Assembly (NCBI GenBank): GCA_010356995.1 | Contig: ML996691.1 | Location: 192,174-256,173, forward strand | Source of the DNA: Trichodelitschia bisporula | Taxonomy: Eukaryota | Length of the DNA stretch: 64,000 nt | Direction of reading: 5' to 3' | In this document: in pieces, positions 61,104 to 64,000 of the stretch | Layout: every line of letters begins with the position of its first letter | Position numbering within the stretch: the first letter of the stretch is position 1 | Translations under genes and position numbers: made by a program | Notes under the pieces: generated by a model | The model's input: the letters and a program-made list of their open reading frames with translations, nothing else | Databases searched by the model: none | What the model was told of the DNA's origin: nothing

Positions 61104-63172
61104 TTTTGCGATCTTTCGTGTGCATGACGATGATAGGGCCGCGACTGGGTTCGTTTCACGGGTCTAACAGGGTAACGGATGGGCTCTGAACGGGAGGAGG
61201 CACGGAGTGTGGTGGTCATGACCTGCTATTGTCCTTTGTTTCTGAGGGTTTTCGCGTAGGTGGGATAACGGATGGGTTTGTGAGGATCGGGCTTGCGTTT
61301 ATCTCCTTGTTTTTATCGTGCTTCTTTGCGCCCCTGTCTCTGTTTTGATGTTTCCCACTCCTTTTCGCCTTTTGCTTGCTCCCCCTACCCCCCTCTCCCT
61401 TGCTCTTTATGTTGTTTGCCCCCCCCCTCCCGGTGTGGCCCCTGGTGTAGTGATGATTCGTCTTTGTCGCGCGCGCACGCATACGCTCCTTACCGCCTCT
61501 TTTCTTTAGTTTGCGTGTTTCAGTGGATATGGCTCGGCGCGGAGTGGAACGGTCTACGGGAATGGGATGGGACTGGAAACGAGATGTAAGATACCCGGGA
61601 TTGGTTAGTGTCTGATTGTACGGCGGGGAGGGTGGGGAAATGGGGGGCGAAGTGGGGAGAGGGGAAGAGTGGAGAGGGGGAGGGGGGATGGGGATGATGA
61701 GGGACGGGTGAACTGGCGACGGATATCTCTATCATGACTTTTCTGATCTCTTGTTGCTTTTTTTGGCTTTGCGTGTGCGCGTTGGCTTAGCTGTTTTGCG
61801 TAATTCAGGGGCCTCTTTTTTCTCTCAGTGGTGGCAATAGTGGAGTGTGGAGTGTGGAGTGAGGTTTGTGAATGAGGGGTGGTGAGGCGGGTGTGGGTGA
61901 GGGGTATGTTCCCGTCTTCTGGTGCGGATGCCGGCTTACGGTGATAGTCCGCTTGTCTACTCGGATTGTGCGTGAGATCCCGTCGGACGGTCAAGCGCGT
62001 CGGCGAGCTGCTGGCTTGATGTCGGGACAAACTCACGCTCCTATCCGAACTCATCCCGTTCTGGGGATATATACCCCGTCTCTCCTCCGCGCATTCAGCA
62101 AAATATATACACCTCTCCTTCTCAGTATATACGCTCTTTGCTCGTTGATTAGCCCTCACGGCGTCCATCTCATCCTGATCCACCTATTATATCTTACATA
62201 TCCTTCCCAAAGCATGGCAGCTTGCCGCCCCGGGTCGCAGTGTCTGGTCTCTACTATCACCACCAACCCTTTGCGCACCTTCCATTCCGCTCTCCTTCCT
62301 ACATTTTCGATTCCTCTTCTCCCGGCCTGGGCATTTGATCCGGGACGTAGTTCGCAGTTCGCGTCCGCCGCGGAGAACTCCTCAGTTTGCAGCGATGGGC
62401 GCTTCAGTCATACCGGAGGCACATCTCTCGTGCCGGGGTGAAGAGCCTCTGGAATCTTCCCCTTCGTCTTTCGTTGCCATGTGCCCTTGCATCGATACCT
62501 CCAAGTTACGGGGTGTGAGCTATCTCATCGTTGATGAGAGGAGATGATTGGGAAACGACAGCTGGCGTGGATTGACCAGCGCCTTCGGCAAGTGTATCCT
62601 CCCTCCTCCTCGCTCTTGGTGTAAAAAGCCGGAATGAACCCTTGGGTGGTGTGAATGTCATTCTGTGAGGTGATTTCTACCAACTACCTTCGGGGGCGGA
62701 GAAGGGCTGGCACAATACTGCCGAAGCAACTCTTGGAACAGATCACAGGGTTTCCGGTCCGTGGACGTGGGTATGTCACCCTCCTCCCCCTCAAGTGCGC
62801 TGGACTAACACGGGCAGGAACCGAAGTCACTTGCCACACCCCTGGTTCATTCCCGTGGTTCTTCTCCGGCTGAACGCTGCATCTGGCGCGAAGCCATTCG
62901 TCCAGCCACGTTGGGGGGGGGCATCGTGCCCGGGGCATCTCTGTCGTTCGGGCTCAGCCTGGCGGGACGGACCGATTGAGCGCAGGTCCTTGGTGTTGCT
63001 GTCAACTCGGACGTCAACATGCAAGTCAAGATGAATGAGCTAGCTCCTGTCGCTGCGCCCATCTCACCAACACTCTTGCTCTCCACTCTCGTGCTCCACT
63101 CTCGGACTCGACTCTAGTGCCACGCCGCGGCCGCTCCCAAGGCAGATGGGCAGTTAGCTTTCTCTCCATCCC

Positions 63173-63902
63173 TTGAATTCAACACCTTCTCAGAACCCGC
63201 TCGTAGTACGGCACCTCCCTTGCCTCACTGCAACCAGCAACAGACGGCTCATTTTGCTTCGGTACGAATGTGACTTTCTCTTTTGCTCGAAATTGACGCT
63301 CGCCCTCAATTCTCCAGCAAAATACTTCCAGGACTCCATCTCACGCCTCTATATCAAGGTGAAGGGCAGAATCTTCCTTGTTGAAGGTTTTGGGGATATG
63401 AGCAGCGTCCAAAAGCTATGCCACGAGGTGCTGCGCTGGATGAGGAACACTGGCGGGCCGTGGCGGCTATAGACTGCGATGACGGTGGTAAGATCCTAAA
63501 GGCAAAGATTCAACGCGAGGCTCGGCACCACATCGGCGAGTACGATGAGGAGCATCGTTTGTTTCCCGCGGTTGCCCCCCCGGAGGTCTTATGCATGCTA
63601 TCCTGCAAACGACCGTACGAAGATCTGGCCGGCCTCTGTTCGCGACTGCGCTGGACTCGGGGAGGGTAAGTCGCATAAGGCACGTTTTAATTCTGGTGGG
63701 AGCTAAGCGTTTACAGGCAACCTTCCACAATCTGTTGAACGTAACGAAAGAATGCGACGAAGGACCCTCAGCGCTTCGCCCGAGCTGCATCCGTCAGTAT
63801 CCTGCCTGGGGGACGTACCCCGCCCCCGGAATTGGGGGTTGGGTTTTGGTGACGGTCGACATGAAGAGGACGCCGGGTGAGGCGTCTGCTCAGCAGCCAT
63901 GA
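63173..63902 (+). pseudogene. Possible frameshifted gene relic with intron signals
   Basis: Overlapping protein-like ORF pieces in three frames (63173-63472, 63418-63669, 63591-63902), with intron-like GTACGA..CAG (about 63262-63317) and GTAAGT..CTAAG..CAG (about 63666-63716). No single intact frame found. Confidence 0.3.
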
Positions 63903-64000
63903 TGATGTCGGAGCCATTGTGGCCGCGGACTCCTGCGGGTGAGCCCCTATGGCCCCAGCCGAGCTGGTGAAGTTCGGATGAGCCCCGGTATGCGGTTTGC

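Noticed and set aside
1..64000. tRNA, rRNA, transposase/reverse-transcriptase genes, CRISPR arrays, TGA-CTA readthrough peroxisomal signals
   Set aside because: The GTTCGA-like motifs examined (e.g. near 21880, 49525) lack cloverleaf context. No transposon domains, spacer arrays or TGA-CTA stop contexts were seen by eye. tRNAscan/Infernal were not run.

Overview
Eukaryotic, intron-containing DNA from a filamentous ascomycete, judged from short GT-AG introns with CTRAY branch sites and the gene families present. The window starts inside a group X-type hybrid histidine kinase (5' part only). Next come an ankyrin+DIL protein, a small cytochrome b5 ending in AKL, an Inp1-like protein, the usgS-fmdS (formamidase) pair, a Cys/His-rich unknown protein and a MeaA/Mep1-type ammonium transporter. 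A gene-poor stretch (about 20-44 kb) holds a spliced orphan C2HC zinc-finger gene, a DAL5-type permease, a probably inactive PD-(D/E)xK-like protein and gene relics. The last part has Pac2 (WOPR family), a GH20 hexosaminidase, TIM17, a GH16 Crh transglycosylase, NAD-glutamate dehydrogenase and a Lys/Ala-rich basic protein. Top finding: the Crh gene has two splice donors 4 nt apart that read the last exon in two frames, and both frames end in a GPI-signal-like tail. Also notable: repeated C/A-rich to G/T-rich strand-skew domains that reshape codon usage, coupled uORFs upstream of pac2, and a 6-nt TIM17 microexon. All exon coordinates were read by hand and no database searches were run.
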